Positions 29,601-42,937 of a stretch of DNA of 64,000 bases are shown piece after piece. Numbering within the stretch: position 1 is the first letter of the stretch; each line of letters starts with the position of its first letter. A model generated the notes under the pieces. It was given only the letters and a program-made list of their open reading frames with translations, searched no databases and was not told the DNA's origin. The DNA is taken from the NCBI GenBank assembly GCA_949358305.1, contig OX442314.1, positions 26,722,001 to 26,786,000 of the forward strand. The letters are read 5' to 3'. Origin of the DNA: Strigamia acuminata. Its lineage: Eukaryota. The translations under genes and the position numbers were made by a program.

Positions 29601-30706
29601 CCGGAGCTGATGCCGAGGACACCGACGCCTTTCAAGAAGGCGATGGCCGAGATGGAGTTGAAGAGCGGGCCGTTAAAGTTTTGGCCGCAAACTCCCACTC
29701 GTTTGGAGGATTTGACAGAGATCATGAAAGAGGAAGTGAACGATTCCAATTACTACGCCGACGTGTCGGGCTTTCAAAGCGAGGGGTTTTCGGATCAAAG
29801 TGTTATCGAGGCGCGGTATCTTTTGCCCGGCAAACGGAAGAGCAATAAAGAAGTAAATTTAGACACATTTAATACAAAATATTTCGAATTTAATCAAAAT
29901 AATTCGTAGTAATTAAGTTATTTGGTAAAGTTTTGTAAATATTTGGTTAAAAACGAAAAAAATTCATCAAAATTTGGAAATATTTAATTAAAATCGAAAT
30001 TTTTTTTTTTGTCAAAATTCGGAAATATTTAATTAAAATGGAAAATAATTCGTTTTTATTTCGCTTTTATTTTAATTTTATTTGTGTCTTTCCAGAACAC
30101 ATCACCTAAAAGAGTGAGAAAATCTTTAATCAACTCGTGGTCAACTCCCGGCGAAATCATCGTCCCTGGCTTCATTTACCACCAAGCGACGCCCGAATTG
30201 AACGTTCTACCTGAAACACCAGTGCGTGTTTCAACCGACAACAATTTTCTACTTCATTTTTAATTAATTTTAATTATTTTTATTTTAGAGTAAATCTTTG
30301 ACCGACACTTCGATCTTATTCTCGCCACCTTCAATCGTCAAAGAAACGTTACCGGACGAGGATTTCTTCATGAATCAAGCGTTTATTGCTCCAAAATCGA
30401 AGGTAAACAAGGAAATAAATTTAAAAAAATTAAAAAATAATCAATTTTAAATCGTTTAAGATGAAAAGCAAGAGGCATTCCGAACTGTGGTCGCGAATTA
30501 ATCAAACACCGAGCAAAGAATTTACTAAGGTTTGTCGATTAATTAACAAATTTAATGATTTAAAGTCTGAAAATGAATTTTAAACTGTTTAGTTGGATGC
30601 AAAATGGGAAATGGTTGCTTGCGGTAAGACCCAGGACCAGCAGGAGTTGACCGAACAAGCTCGACACTGGTTCAACGCATGGAAACCCCGTTCATTGAAT
30701 TTATAA
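26623..30706 (+). CDS. Myb: Three-repeat Myb transcription factor (B-Myb/Dm-Myb type); exons 26623-26651, 27060-27168, 27254-27406, 27487-27590, 27663-27906, 27980-28152, 28220-28371, 28756-28898, 28963-29249, 29519-29852, 30096-30221, 30289-30402, 30461-30529, 30593-30706
   Basis: R1R2R3 repeats ([48 protein letters not shown]). Conserved C-terminal blocks [23 protein letters not shown] and [12 protein letters not shown]...RSLNL. Phases are consistent. Confidence 0.95.
28383..28712. repeat. Intronic 30-bp minisatellite (ttttattcgaaaaattgatggaaaaattga)
   Basis: About 11 visible units. Confidence 0.95.
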
Positions 30707-32086
30707 ATTATTTTTAACAAAAATAAAAAAAAAAATTCTATAAATGAACTTTAAAATTTAAAAAGAAAATGAAAAAATCTACTTAAAAAAGGAAATTAAA
30801 AAAAGAGGAAAGAATGTTTTTTTCTTTTTAATTTTCTTGATTTTTAATTTAATATATAAACTCAATGAACATTTCTTAATTTTTGTGTTTTTTTTTTATT
30901 ATTATAAATATGCACTTAATATTGAAAAATGAGCCCAACTTGAAAAATATTAATTTCTTTTATTTGCTAGTCCACAATTTGCACTTGAAAAGTGATTTTT
31001 TGTTTGTTTTTTGTTTATATTAATCAAAAACGATCAATTTTTGATTTTTTTACGAGAGGAAATATACGTAGGCAGCTTTTTCTTTGTTTTTTTTTATTTT
31101 ATATATAATAATAATAATATAAATTTAAATTAATCATGATTAATCATAATTTAGTTGATTTTGTTTGGGTAGAAATTTGCACGGTACCTGACAGAGAAAT
31201 TATATAAAAAAATAAATAAATAAAAATAACCAACAAGAAGAACAATAATAACCAAAATATAAATTTTATTAATCATTTTTTTTTGGTTTTATGGATTTTA
31301 TATTTAATTTTCTACGATCCTTTTAAATAATGCTTTTGTTTTCACTTAATTCAGGGTTTTGTATGTTTGTAAAAGTTTGTACATAGGAATTTAAAAAGCG
31401 AAAAATGATGGTATTTTTGTGTAAATATAAACGGGCGGGAGAGGAGGAAAATGATTTATTTTTTTCTTCATTTTTTTTTCTCTGAATGAATTTTGTACAG
31501 AAGAAATTTTTGATAAAAGTTTAAATTGAAGAAATTGAAATTTAATTTAATTTAATAACTGATTAGTAATGATAAATGATAAATAATAAATCCATGATAA
31601 GATTTTTGAACCGAGGTTTTTTTGTTGGTTTCGTGTGGAATTAACGAGTTATGGAACAAGAATGAATGATTAAAAATGTTAAGTTAAATGAATAGAAATG
31701 GGGAGAGAGACGTTTTTATTTTTGTTTTTATTTTTTTCTGGCACTTTTTAACAATTTTCGATTTTATTTTCGTGAAATTTGTGAGCACGCTTTGCAATAA
31801 TCTTTAATTTTGTTTTTAAAAATATTTCAATAGCAATTTAACATTTTTACGCAATCAGTCACTTTATTCACCCATTATTCACTGTATTAGACATAGAATT
31901 TATGAAAATAAAACGGTTGATTTTAAATAAACAGTAATGGCTGCATTAAACATTATTAGACATAATAAAATTGGTTTTTAGAAAAGAAGATTACTTTTGT
32001 GTGTGCTAAAATGAACCAAAATGGCCACCACCTTGTACACACATTTTCTGGATTTTGATTTGCCGGATGGTAAGTTGTTTAATTCT

Positions 32087-32342
32087 ACAGTGTATCATAA
32101 AATATATACACATTTAAATTAAATATATGTTAACCATTAGTTGTGGGCAGTGTTGTTTAATTAACGTTTTTGGTGGAGTTTTCTTCGCTCATTCGTTTGG
32201 TGTTTAGTTTTTGACGATCTCGAGAACGGAAGCTCGGAAGTAACTACACCAGAAACGTTAGTTAAACAACACTATTACAACTAATGGTTACCTAATGTAT
32301 ATTTAATTTAAATGTGTATACATTTTTATGATACGCCCTGTT
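32087..32342. mobile_element. Tc1/mariner-like palindromic MITE
   Basis: cagtgtatcataaaatatatacacatttaaattaaat / atttaatttaaatgtgtatacatttttatgatacgccctg. Confidence 0.75.
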
Positions 32343-33764
32343 TATTGTTTAGGATCTTTGTTTATTTCTTCACGTCTGAATTTGTACATAGAAAACCGAG
32401 CTGGAAAATTGTTAGGGTTAACTTCTGGGTGGTTTGTCACTTGAGTTCGCTGAGACTGCAACATAATTTTCGTGTTGGGGTATTTAAAATTAAAATCTAA
32501 ATTATCAGAAAATAAAAAAATTGTTTTGATTTTCAGTTTCAATTTTCTAGGTCGATAATGGTCAGGGTCACGAGGTCAGTACAGCCGGGTTGTTTTATTA
32601 CAATCAAAGTAATTTTTTTTTTAAATTTTATTTCTTTTTCCTTCTTACAGATCACTTAAAATTTTCCACTCAATAAACACAGGTTTAAACGGTAATTTTG
32701 ACAATTTTCAAGTTCCTGGCTCAAATAACCTGACCTGTCTTCTTAATTGCAAGCGGAACAAATAACAACTGGTCCAACGTTATCAAACAAAAACTTTTTT
32801 AGATACACGAAAGAAAATTACAAAAAAAAATTTAAATAAATTTAAACAAATAAAAACGAATCAACATATACATAAAATAAATTAATTAATTCTATAAACT
32901 GAAAAGAAAGATAAAAAAAAACAAAGAAAAATGAAATAAAACGATTTAAGTGCGTTCAACGGTCATCTATTAATTAAATATTTACGTTTGGTTGATTTCT
33001 ACCGGACCTGTGTCCATTTTTCGGCTTTTTAAACATTGGGATCACTGCAGAAAGAGGTAATATAAAAAAACACACTCGACTTTCAACCAGTATATGCTCT
33101 GGACATTTCAGCTCGGAAGTTGCTCGTCAAAATGTTTTAAGTCGCGGTTTATTTTGCTGACAAAACTCAGGTAAATAGTTGTGATTATGCAATAATGAAT
33201 GTATAATAATCTTCTCGAATGAAAAACGAATTAATTTTCACACACGCATCTCATTCTCTTGAAATCACAATGCCCGTTGTAAACCACCATGCTTCCCTTA
33301 TCCATACACCATTTTCGACATCTTAGATGGTCCGAGTAACTTTCAACACATTTTGGATTATTGGTACCTAGTTTGGGATCAATACTTGACTATATTTGAC
33401 TATTTGAGTTGGAAATTCAACTTACGTTGTAGACAGGCATTGGCTAAAATCAAATGTGCAAATATGTTGACAGTTGTGAGAAATACAATAGTTTCTTGCA
33501 TATTGAACCTCTCAAAACCACACACAGGCCTACATTTTACAACAATGCGTGACATTCGTGAGAAGTATCAAGTAATAATACTTGATTTTACAGACAATTG
33601 AACTATTTAAACAAATTTCCATTTGAATTGGGAAGTGTACACAAGTTTCCGAATGTCCTTATCGTATAATCTCTCTAGTTTTAATTATTTCAGACTTTGT
33701 AACGCTCCATGGTAAGATCCTCGGATTAACTTTTTACGCATCAGGTGGTAAAACAGGTCAAGAA

Positions 33765-36274
33765 ATGAAGTCACCTTGGATTTATCACATCCTCATTTTA
33801 TGTAAGCATTTTACCCAAACATTTGTCAGCTGCAGACCAGATTTCCCACCCTGGGAACAGTGATTAGGGCAGAGAATGTGCTAAAATATTATTTTATAGA
33901 TTAGGGTTAAGATTATCATAGGTTAAGAACCACTGTCCTAGGGTTTCTCTACACCAAAATTCGGTCCTGCATTGTTGACAACAGAAATACAACGACACAA
34001 ACTAACCCATTACGTATTATTATTTTAGATTTTGTGTGTCAAGTGGTAGCTGCCTACTTATTTCAACCTCCTCGTGCCACAGGACAGTATTTAGTAGCGA
34101 GCAGACCCAAACATGGAGGTCAATTTGTTCAGATGGTTCGACCTCTTGAAAATGCATCTCCATTGCCACAATTGGTTCCAGCGTACAAATCACTTACAAT
34201 TCCATTTCCCAAGTTGCCCACTGAACTGCCTCTGGTCGCTCACACTTCCAATCCAGTGGCAGAGTTTGCAGAAACACCGTCATCCAAGAAATTGAAGGCA
34301 AAGAAGAAAAATGGAAAGAATGACGTGAAGGAGTTGATTGAAGAAATCAATTCTGAGAAGGAACATGAGAGGAAATTAGCGGACATTTTGCCACTGGTAA
34401 CATTTGATTGCCACGATATATCGGAAGGCTATTATGCCGATGTGGCTTTTCGATGCGAAGTTTTCCATTACTGTGGCAAACCATCTGGAAAGAGGTTTAC
34501 TTTCTTTTGTCCACCTGGATCAAGATTTAATCAAGTGAGAATATAATTTGAACTACAGCACAGCAGTGTATGCCTGCATGTGGGTATACAACCTAAAAAG
34601 TCATTTTTACATCTGATAAGTCCTTTTACGCGCAAAAAAACAATTAGCCACATTAAAAGTTAATTTTAGCACATAAAAAGTTTATTTTTGCACATAAAAA
34701 GTTCATTTTTGCACATAAAAGTTCATTTTTGCACATAAAAAGTTTATTTTTGGACATAAAAAGTTTATTTTTGCACATAAAAGTTTATTTTTGCATTTCT
34801 TGCACCCTGAACTCTTCTACATTGTGACAATCCAGATGTAAATCTGTATGTATATTTTTTAATTCATTTATAGATGCACATGATCTGTGACTATGAAATG
34901 TTTCAAGGTTGTGACAAATCACACGAATACTTCCACTTGAATGATAAAATCCATCCAAGAGATGATGACAATACATCGTCAACAAAGTCACCTTACCACC
35001 AGAGCAATACAACACCCATTCCACCTTCACACTTCACATACAAATCCGTTTCAACAACCCAAACACCAATAACTGCTATCAAGTCAGAACCCAAACTTAA
35101 ACAAGTCAAAGAAAATTCATTTCACAGACCTGAACGAAGTAGATATACTCCAAGACAATGGCCAATGGCTTATCCACAGAGACCAATGGTGATGAGAGCT
35201 CCTCCTAGGTTGGGCAGGTTGCAACCAGCAGCTAGCCACATGCCTACCTCAAGAGTTTTGCTGGACCCTCACTACATCCCAAGAATTAGGAGCAAACAAA
35301 CAAATATTGCAGTCCCTATTCCGCGAAGACAAATACCTTTGCGTTCGCATTTAATGTCCAATCGCAGACATTCTCATCTCCAATACTTTCCACCGGCTCA
35401 TGAATTCAGGAGAAGGCCTCTTCCACCTCCTGAGTTGGCGTTTGATTATTATGAACCTCCATTGGAACCGATAGCGGTAAGTCCCCAACGAAAGACATTA
35501 GGTCATAAGATAAAGACGGAGGACGATTGGAAGTCAGTGGAAGCAGACTGGAAAAGGGACACAAAGGCTGAAGTGAAAAAGCCTGTTCAAGCTTCTAGAA
35601 GAAGTGGCCAGGCTACCAGAAGAGTTCCAACCAAAGACAAATGGGATGAGCTGGACAAAGCGGTCGATCATTGGAAGTTAGCCGGTAATAAGCGTAAAGA
35701 GCAGAATGCGGTGAAGATTACAAGTGAGACTGAAGAAAGTGACTCTGAATCAAGCGAAGAGGAAGTTACTACTAAAGTCAGTAGAAGGAAACCCGCAAGA
35801 GCAAAGCCGAGATCAACGACAAGTTTAAGCGTAGTTTCGACAACTGCGAAAACAACTACCAGAAGGCCCATTGCAAAGCACAGAGTGAAAACTTCAAGTA
35901 TTGGAGGAAGAATTAATACTAGAAGAAGTACAACCACAATGAGCAGTGGTAGTAGAACAAGATCAACAGCAGTAAGCACCAGTACTGTTACTTCAAGCAG
36001 TATTACTACCTTGCCTTTGCTTGAGGAAGCTTATACTGAAGCAGCAGTACCAACAACAGAAGTAACTAAAATTGTTATTCCCAAACATAAGCATAGATTT
36101 ACAAAGCTTCAAAGATCACGGTTGAAAAGTTCAACCAGTTCAACACCGTACAGTCCTACCGTTTCTTTCGCGATTACTATTAAGCCGGTCACATCTGCAA
36201 TTTCAACTGCTGAAGATGTCATAGAAGATATACCAGTAGCTGCTGCTTATGCCAATACTGAAGATGCTGGTTAG
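33765..36274 (+). CDS. Secreted chitin-binding type-2 (CBM14/peritrophin-A, CPAP1-like) protein with a mucin-like tail, ~647 aa; exons 33765-33801, 34029-34534, 34874-36274
   Basis: Signal peptide MKSPWIYHILILYFVCQVVAA. A six-Cys domain FDC..GYYADVAFRCEVFHYC..FFCPPGSRFNQMHMICD..GC is split by a phase-0 intron. Confidence 0.88.
34655..34797. repeat. Intronic ~21-bp minisatellite (tttatttttgcacataaaaag)
   Basis: Visible tandem units. Confidence 0.9.
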
Positions 36275-37516
36275 TTTAAAATCACAATTTCTTACATTAG
36301 GAATCTTGTGGAGACAATTATTGTAAGCCATTGTGGGAATACTCCCAATGTCAAACCATAACAATCCACAAGATTCCTATTGTGCAAGAAATTATAATTT
36401 TCAGTTTCAGCAATTATTTACTTATTTACAGCAACATTTCTATTTGCAGAAAATGAGAAGAGTTATATATGATTACACCTATTTATGTGAGAAAAATAAA
36501 ATAATTGATGGTGCTGGTCACCACATGTTGGACACAATACTGTTTTTCTTTGTTTTTTAAGGAAATAAAAAAAGTAAAGTTTTATTCAAATATGGTTTCT
36601 ATAAATGTTTAAATTCCATGCAAGAGTTGAAGAAAGGCAGATGGATTTACATTATCAAGTGAAACATTTTGACAATAATAATTACATAAAACATCCAGTC
36701 AGTCTGCATTTAAAAAACAACAACTAAAAAACAAAAAAAATATAACCCCAATTCCCAATTTGTGATAAATAAAAGCAGCAGTGCATTGCAGAAAGAGAGT
36801 TTCATGGCCAAAATATACTTACAGATTACACAAGTGCACTGATTAATTTTGTGCTGAGATATTATATTAATTGTCCAAATTAAATTCACTGATGCACAAC
36901 TGATGTGGAGTCAATGTGTCAAATATACAACATTGAAATTAAAAGTGTTCCTACTAAGCTTATGTGTATCAGTGTGCCAATAAATACTAAATCAGACTTA
37001 TTGTGGACTTTTTTTTATAAGAACACATTGTACATGTACATGGCTACATAAAGTAATATGGTACAATAACTTATAACAGTTTAGTGGCTTTTGGGAATGC
37101 CCAGCACCAAAAAATGATGAGTTTAATCATGCAATCACATATACTAGCTGTTTTGAAAAGTCATTTAGACTGGTTTATCTTCTTTAAACCAGTCTAAATG
37201 CATGTTTTAGACAGCCATCTAGACAATAAAAGTAAAATATGTTTTGGTGTTGATTTTCCCAAAAGCAAAACCACTAAATCTGTTACATTGATAAGTTAAA
37301 GTCTTTTGAACTTTGCGACATCCATTTCCAAACAACACAGCACATTATTTCTTACAAAACTACACTATAAAAGCACGTTTTTGCTACATTTCCAAATTTG
37401 CATTTTTTTTTCTCTCCCTTTTTGTTATTGCCATTTTCTTATCAAAAAAATTGAAATAAGTTGTTAAAATTTAAAAATTTCTTCTCAATATTACACAACT
37501 TAAGAACAAATTACAT

Positions 37517-39613
37517 TTAGTCGTCATAATCATCTTCCTGCTGTTGAGGTTTCCTTCTGAAGCTTGGTGTTCTATGATGACTTCTTTGTGAATGTGAATG
37601 TGATACAGGACGAAGAGATCTTACCGGTGTAGCGCTTGATATAAACTGTGGTAAGCGGCCACCCGAATTGGAAGAACTTCTAAACTGGGACGCAGGTCTT
37701 GCCGGTTGTTGAGAGACAAATTCGTCGTCGTCATCGGCGAATTGAGGAGTTGGGCGGAACTGTGGAACTGCTTTTCTAGGCGCATGATTTTGCTGCTGTG
37801 TTCGCTGTTGTCGATGATCGGATCCTTCGGAACCATCCGGGAAGAAGCGGTCGTGGTATTTCAATGTCTCATTGGTTTCTTCAGTACCTTAAGAAGAAAG
37901 ACAGATTATTACCGTATTACCTCACATAAAGCGGCATGCTGTTGGGCATGGGTTTAGCAGGTTTTTAAAATTTTGTCCAAAAAGTGTATACCGGCATGCC
38001 GATATAAAACGAAACATGCCGGTATAAGTGAAAAACTTTTTTTTCTTGTTTTTTTTTTAAAGAGCCCAGATGAATAATTATACTGGATTTTGGGTCTGAA
38101 ATTTAAGTTTTATTGATATTCTGAAGATTACTACTAAAATTGGGGAAATGTTATACAAATTTCCGACATTTTGGACATCTAAAAATGATTTTTTTGGTTG
38201 TTTTGGCTAAATTCTTTAAAAAAAAATTCGTACTCACTTACACTGGCATGCCGTTATAAACGAGGTTTATCGGCATGCCGGTATAAATCGAATTATACCG
38301 GCATGCGGCTTAATGTGAGGTAATACGGTAGAAGAAAGATTCTATTACATATGTTTACATAGCTTTAAAAATTAAAAATAACGTTCCCTTATCACTACAC
38401 TATTCCAGCCAACTACTGACAGTTAGTAATTTTGGGCCTAAAAATTCAATTTGGGGGCGTAAATGTGCAAATTTCTGCATAAAATTCCATTATTATGCCT
38501 ATAAAGTATGGCTTTGGGCCTAAAATTCAATTTTGGGCCTCACTTATCATTCAATCTACGTACCTATGACTGTTGTGTTTGATCGGGACAACAAAATAAT
38601 CGCCATTTGCAATGAGCGAAGCTAACAATTTAGTGTTCTCAATTCTGATTGGCTGCGCTATATTTTAATTTAGTGTTGAAAACGATACACTAAAGATTTT
38701 TCCCTTACGATATGGCACTAAAATAGTGTAACGTGGCACAAAATAAGGGGAAAATGCATCTCGCAAACTCTCTAATCTTACCTTCATGTATTGGCTTGTA
38801 GAGATAATCATTGACAAAGTGATATTTCTGTGATTGGGCACATATGTTGTCATCTCCTTGCGGCATGCAAATTAAATGGATTTGGTGGAAGATTTGGCCA
38901 GCAGGGCACAACCAGCTGTGTCGCACACCGTCCGCGCAGTAATGGAACACTTCACAGCTTAATCCTGCGTCAGCGTAGTATCCCAACCTTTTTCCGCTAC
39001 AATCAAATTTTGAACCGCCCAATAGTTCAGTTAGTCTGTCTGGTTTGCTCTCGGCTTCCTTTTCCTCCTCTTCACTTTCCTCTACATCGTGTTGATTGCC
39101 CTATAGAAAAAGATACACATCTACTTACTACAGTGTGGTAATTAAAATGTAGAAATTTACCTTTGAGTTGCTGGCGAAAGATGTGGAACTAGGAATGAAT
39201 CTTGCCGCACTTTGTTGTCTCGGGGTACTCGAAGGAATGATGGGACGAGCCGGGACACTTGGTTGAGGCTGTGGCCGAGCTTGAGGACGAGGGACGAAGA
39301 AAACTTCTTCGTTGTGTTGTGGTCTGCGGAAAACTACTGGGCTTTGACCTTGCTGAGGTTGAAAATGAGTGTCGTCTTCTTCACTTTCGCCGCTTTCTTC
39401 CGCAGGTTTAAAAACGGGCCTGAACACAGCTCTCTGTCGAGTTGCTCGGCTCGTCTTGGAAGATGGAAACCTGAGTTGTCGAGTCGACTGAAATTGATAC
39501 AATTTCATGTATTGCATTTGTCTTTGACAAAACGAACAAATACTTACTCTCTGGGCATTTGCTAGTGCCACAAACATAAATAGCAAAAGGATTGCTCCTT
39601 CCTTCAGCTTCAT
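37517..39613 (-). CDS. Secreted chitin-binding type-2 (CBM14, CPAP1-like) protein, ~360 aa; exons 39613-39548, 39487-39161, 39100-38782, 37887-37517
   Basis: Signal peptide MKLKEGAILLLFMFVALANA. Domain FDCSGKRLGYYADAGLSCEVFHYC..WLCPAGQIFHQIHLIC..IC. Phases are consistent (1083 nt). Confidence 0.88.
37912..38328. mobile_element. Tc1/pogo-like MITE, copy 2
   Basis: ta-ccgtattacctcacat...atgtgaggtaatacgg-ta; homologous to 21733-22088. Confidence 0.85.
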
Positions 39614-42600
39614 TTTCAGTCTTTCTATACAAACCAAACAAAAATTATTTATAAAAATCAAACGATAGACATTTGTGTGCATTCAAAGTTTCTATTTTTG
39701 CAGTTGTTGATGTCAATTCTGTCTATAAAAACACACAAACACCAAAAAACAGATATTTTGAAGCCAAAAAAATACATTAATACATTAATAGATGATAGAC
39801 CAGTGAAAAATTGCGTGGAAATGATGGTAAAAAATATCATCATCGGGAGAATGTGTGATCGGTTGGTTGAGTCGAATATATTTTTGTTTTTAATGGTCGC
39901 TCGTGGGGAGCGAAGCGCGATGTGGGTCAAGAGGCCTGAGATAATAACAGTAAAAAAAAGTCGAGTTTTGCCTCGTTGATTTTTATCTTCGATAATGCTC
40001 ACATGGACACCCACGTAAATTGCCATGTACGATTTATTACTGAAGATAAGGTAGTACATATTACTTTCTGAAACGGACCATTTCATATTTAGTTTGCAGG
40101 TGGATCTTGCACAATTACCAAAATAATATCATGTCATCTATCATAATTAAAAGTCCATCAATGCAAAGTCAGATTGCTTCAGTTTGATAAATAAATACTT
40201 TAAGTTTTGTGGTTCAATCACCCTGTTGTTTTTTGGGATCAAGTGATAAGCAGAAGCTTTGAATTGACTGTGTTAGGGGTTTGGTAAACTATGGGTTTAT
40301 GGTGAATGAGATCTATGTGGAATGGTTTGGTAGCTTTTTCTGTTTTTCTGTTTAGTATTGTAAGGTTATTTTTTAATTGGAAGATAATGAATGGTAATTA
40401 CTACTGTTTAATATGTTAAATGGTATTTCACATTTCAGGGACAGTTCACTAAACTTGATTGATTTTTTCTGCATTTGTTTGTTGACCCTGTTTAAATTAA
40501 CTATTTCTTAAGAGATTTCAGAAGAAATAGAACTTTTTGACATTTAATTTGGCTATTTGACGTTTAATAATGAAAACAGTCAAGTCAAAAACTGAGTTTG
40601 ATGTTTGAATCGGGTTAATTAGAAGTTTTTTAAGCCTATAAAGCTGTTTAGCATAAAGCAAACGAAGTTTTAGGTTGAAGCCCATTGTAGGTTCATCATA
40701 ATTTGACAGAATGAGCAAAGATAATCAGACTGTGATGAGAATTTCTACTTTCTAAAGTCTTAGTCACGATCTGAATCAAAAGCCGGTTAATACTGTCATA
40801 CTTCAAACAATTAATACAAACTTTGAATTAAATGTCCTGCACAATTACTCATGGGTGATAATTGGAATCTAAACCTGTCTTTACATAACCGATTAGCAAA
40901 ACAAAAAAATAAATAAAAAAATGGTTTGTAGGTGAAGAATTAAATGGAAACTTAATTAATAACTAAAACCCGATGATGCAAATTAATTCTTTCAATTCCA
41001 ATTAAACAAAAAATCAAAATTTCACATTATAGTCATTTAATGACTAAATATTTCAATACAAAATTGAAAGATATGTCCATTTATATTGCTTAGGGTTCCC
41101 TGGGCACTTTGGGGATCCTAATTCTTGTGGGAAATAGAAATGTAAACCGGACACATTACGGTATATGTGAGAACTAATTTTGTTTGCAGCATTGTGTTTG
41201 TGTAACATCAAGTAATTAAGGTGAAACACCATATGTAGTATAATTAAGAGCAAATCACAAACCAAAACGTAAAAATAGAGACCCAAAAAGTGTCTTTATG
41301 GCTATTTCCTTACACACAAGAAAACTTGGAAACACTTTATAATACGAACTCTAATTCTAATGTTAAATTAAATATGTTTCCCATCTTATTATGGCTTAAA
41401 TCAAAATCTAACTGATAAATATTTAGCAAAACATCACAATTACACACAAATAATATTAATAAATGAGAGAAATACAAAGATGTACTTACCAGAAGCTTAA
41501 TGAAAACCCAAAGACTCATTTTCAAGTGTTGTCTTCTTATATAGAAGTTTTTAAGCCAATAAGAAGAGTTCTTCCTCTTCTGGTTGTACTCACAAGCGAG
41601 ATAGGCACTTTAAATTTTCTGACGTCATTACATCTAGGTTGACTGCCTTGCTTGGAATGTTTTAGGCCTCATTTTGAATTGTTCCTTACACAGAGGCAAA
41701 ATTTATTTTTTTTTACCACAAACGTTACATTTGTGAGGTCACTATGTTTTACTTTGAATAATCAACACAAATTGGGAGAAATTTTTTTCTTTCTGAAGCG
41801 AGGTGTTGGCTGCATTAAAAGTTCGATGACACTTTGGGATTTCATTTTTTTCCATCCATTTATTATTTTTTTCCTCACAGTTTTCTAGTCTGATAAATCT
41901 GTACACTTTTAGTTAAACTTTACTGTAAAATGGTTTAGATTTTTCGAAAATCTGACGAACATTTTTTTTTTTAATAAACAAAATCAACTTTATAGAATTA
42001 TTTCTATTTTTATTTAATTTTCAGTCGTGGTACAATGCAGGCAATAGTGCCTGAAAACAAAAGAACAACTGTAATATATGTTGTTGAATTCCAACAAAAG
42101 AAAAGAATTGCATTTTTCAATTTTAATAACGACTTTGGTTCCTTCCTGTCACCAAGGTAAAGCTGGTACAAATAACTAACTGGCACTCCAGCCAAGGTTA
42201 TAAACAACAGCCAACACCCAAACAGTTTCAATTAATTATTTTATTCGTTTCTCGAGTGTCAAAACTGTTCAAGCCCAATGGATTTATCAACATTCTTTCC
42301 ACGTACAAATTACATGGGAAATGAAAATTATTTCCCTAAAATAATAAAATAAAAAATAATTTTTCCTGCTTTTTTTAAAAAAAAAAAAAAATTCATTTGT
42401 GCTCTTTTATTTTTCTTTTCCTTCTGCTGATTACGAAAAACAATAGTGTGTAGGAAGAATTTATTTGTAGAGCATCATCTTCTTGGGTTTAACCTGGTCT
42501 ACATGTGCATTGTTTTTCTTCGTAATGTGCCGTTGGGTCAGTGAAATTATGTCTTGGGTTTAAATTCCATATCTTATTTATTATCATCTACTTTCATTTT

Positions 42601-42937
42601 TGATTGCATGAATTAAAAAATAAAAAAATAAAACACTTAAAAACCAAAAATATTTCATAAAAGTTACGCTTCACTGCACGTAAATCGTCCATTATTAAAG
42701 TAGGCTTCACTGTTTTGCATGTAGCAGTAAAGCCCACTTTTCTTCGTTGAAAATCATGTGAAAAAATATAGAAAATCACATCAGATGGCGCCCGTGTGTT
42801 GGTAAACAAAACTTTTCATTTATTATAAAAAAACAATTTATTTTATCTACAAAAGATGAAAATAACAATTTAAAAAAAAACAAAAAAAACATTAAGATAA
42901 CCAAAACTGTTGCTTCGCATTGTTTAGTTGAGTTTCT

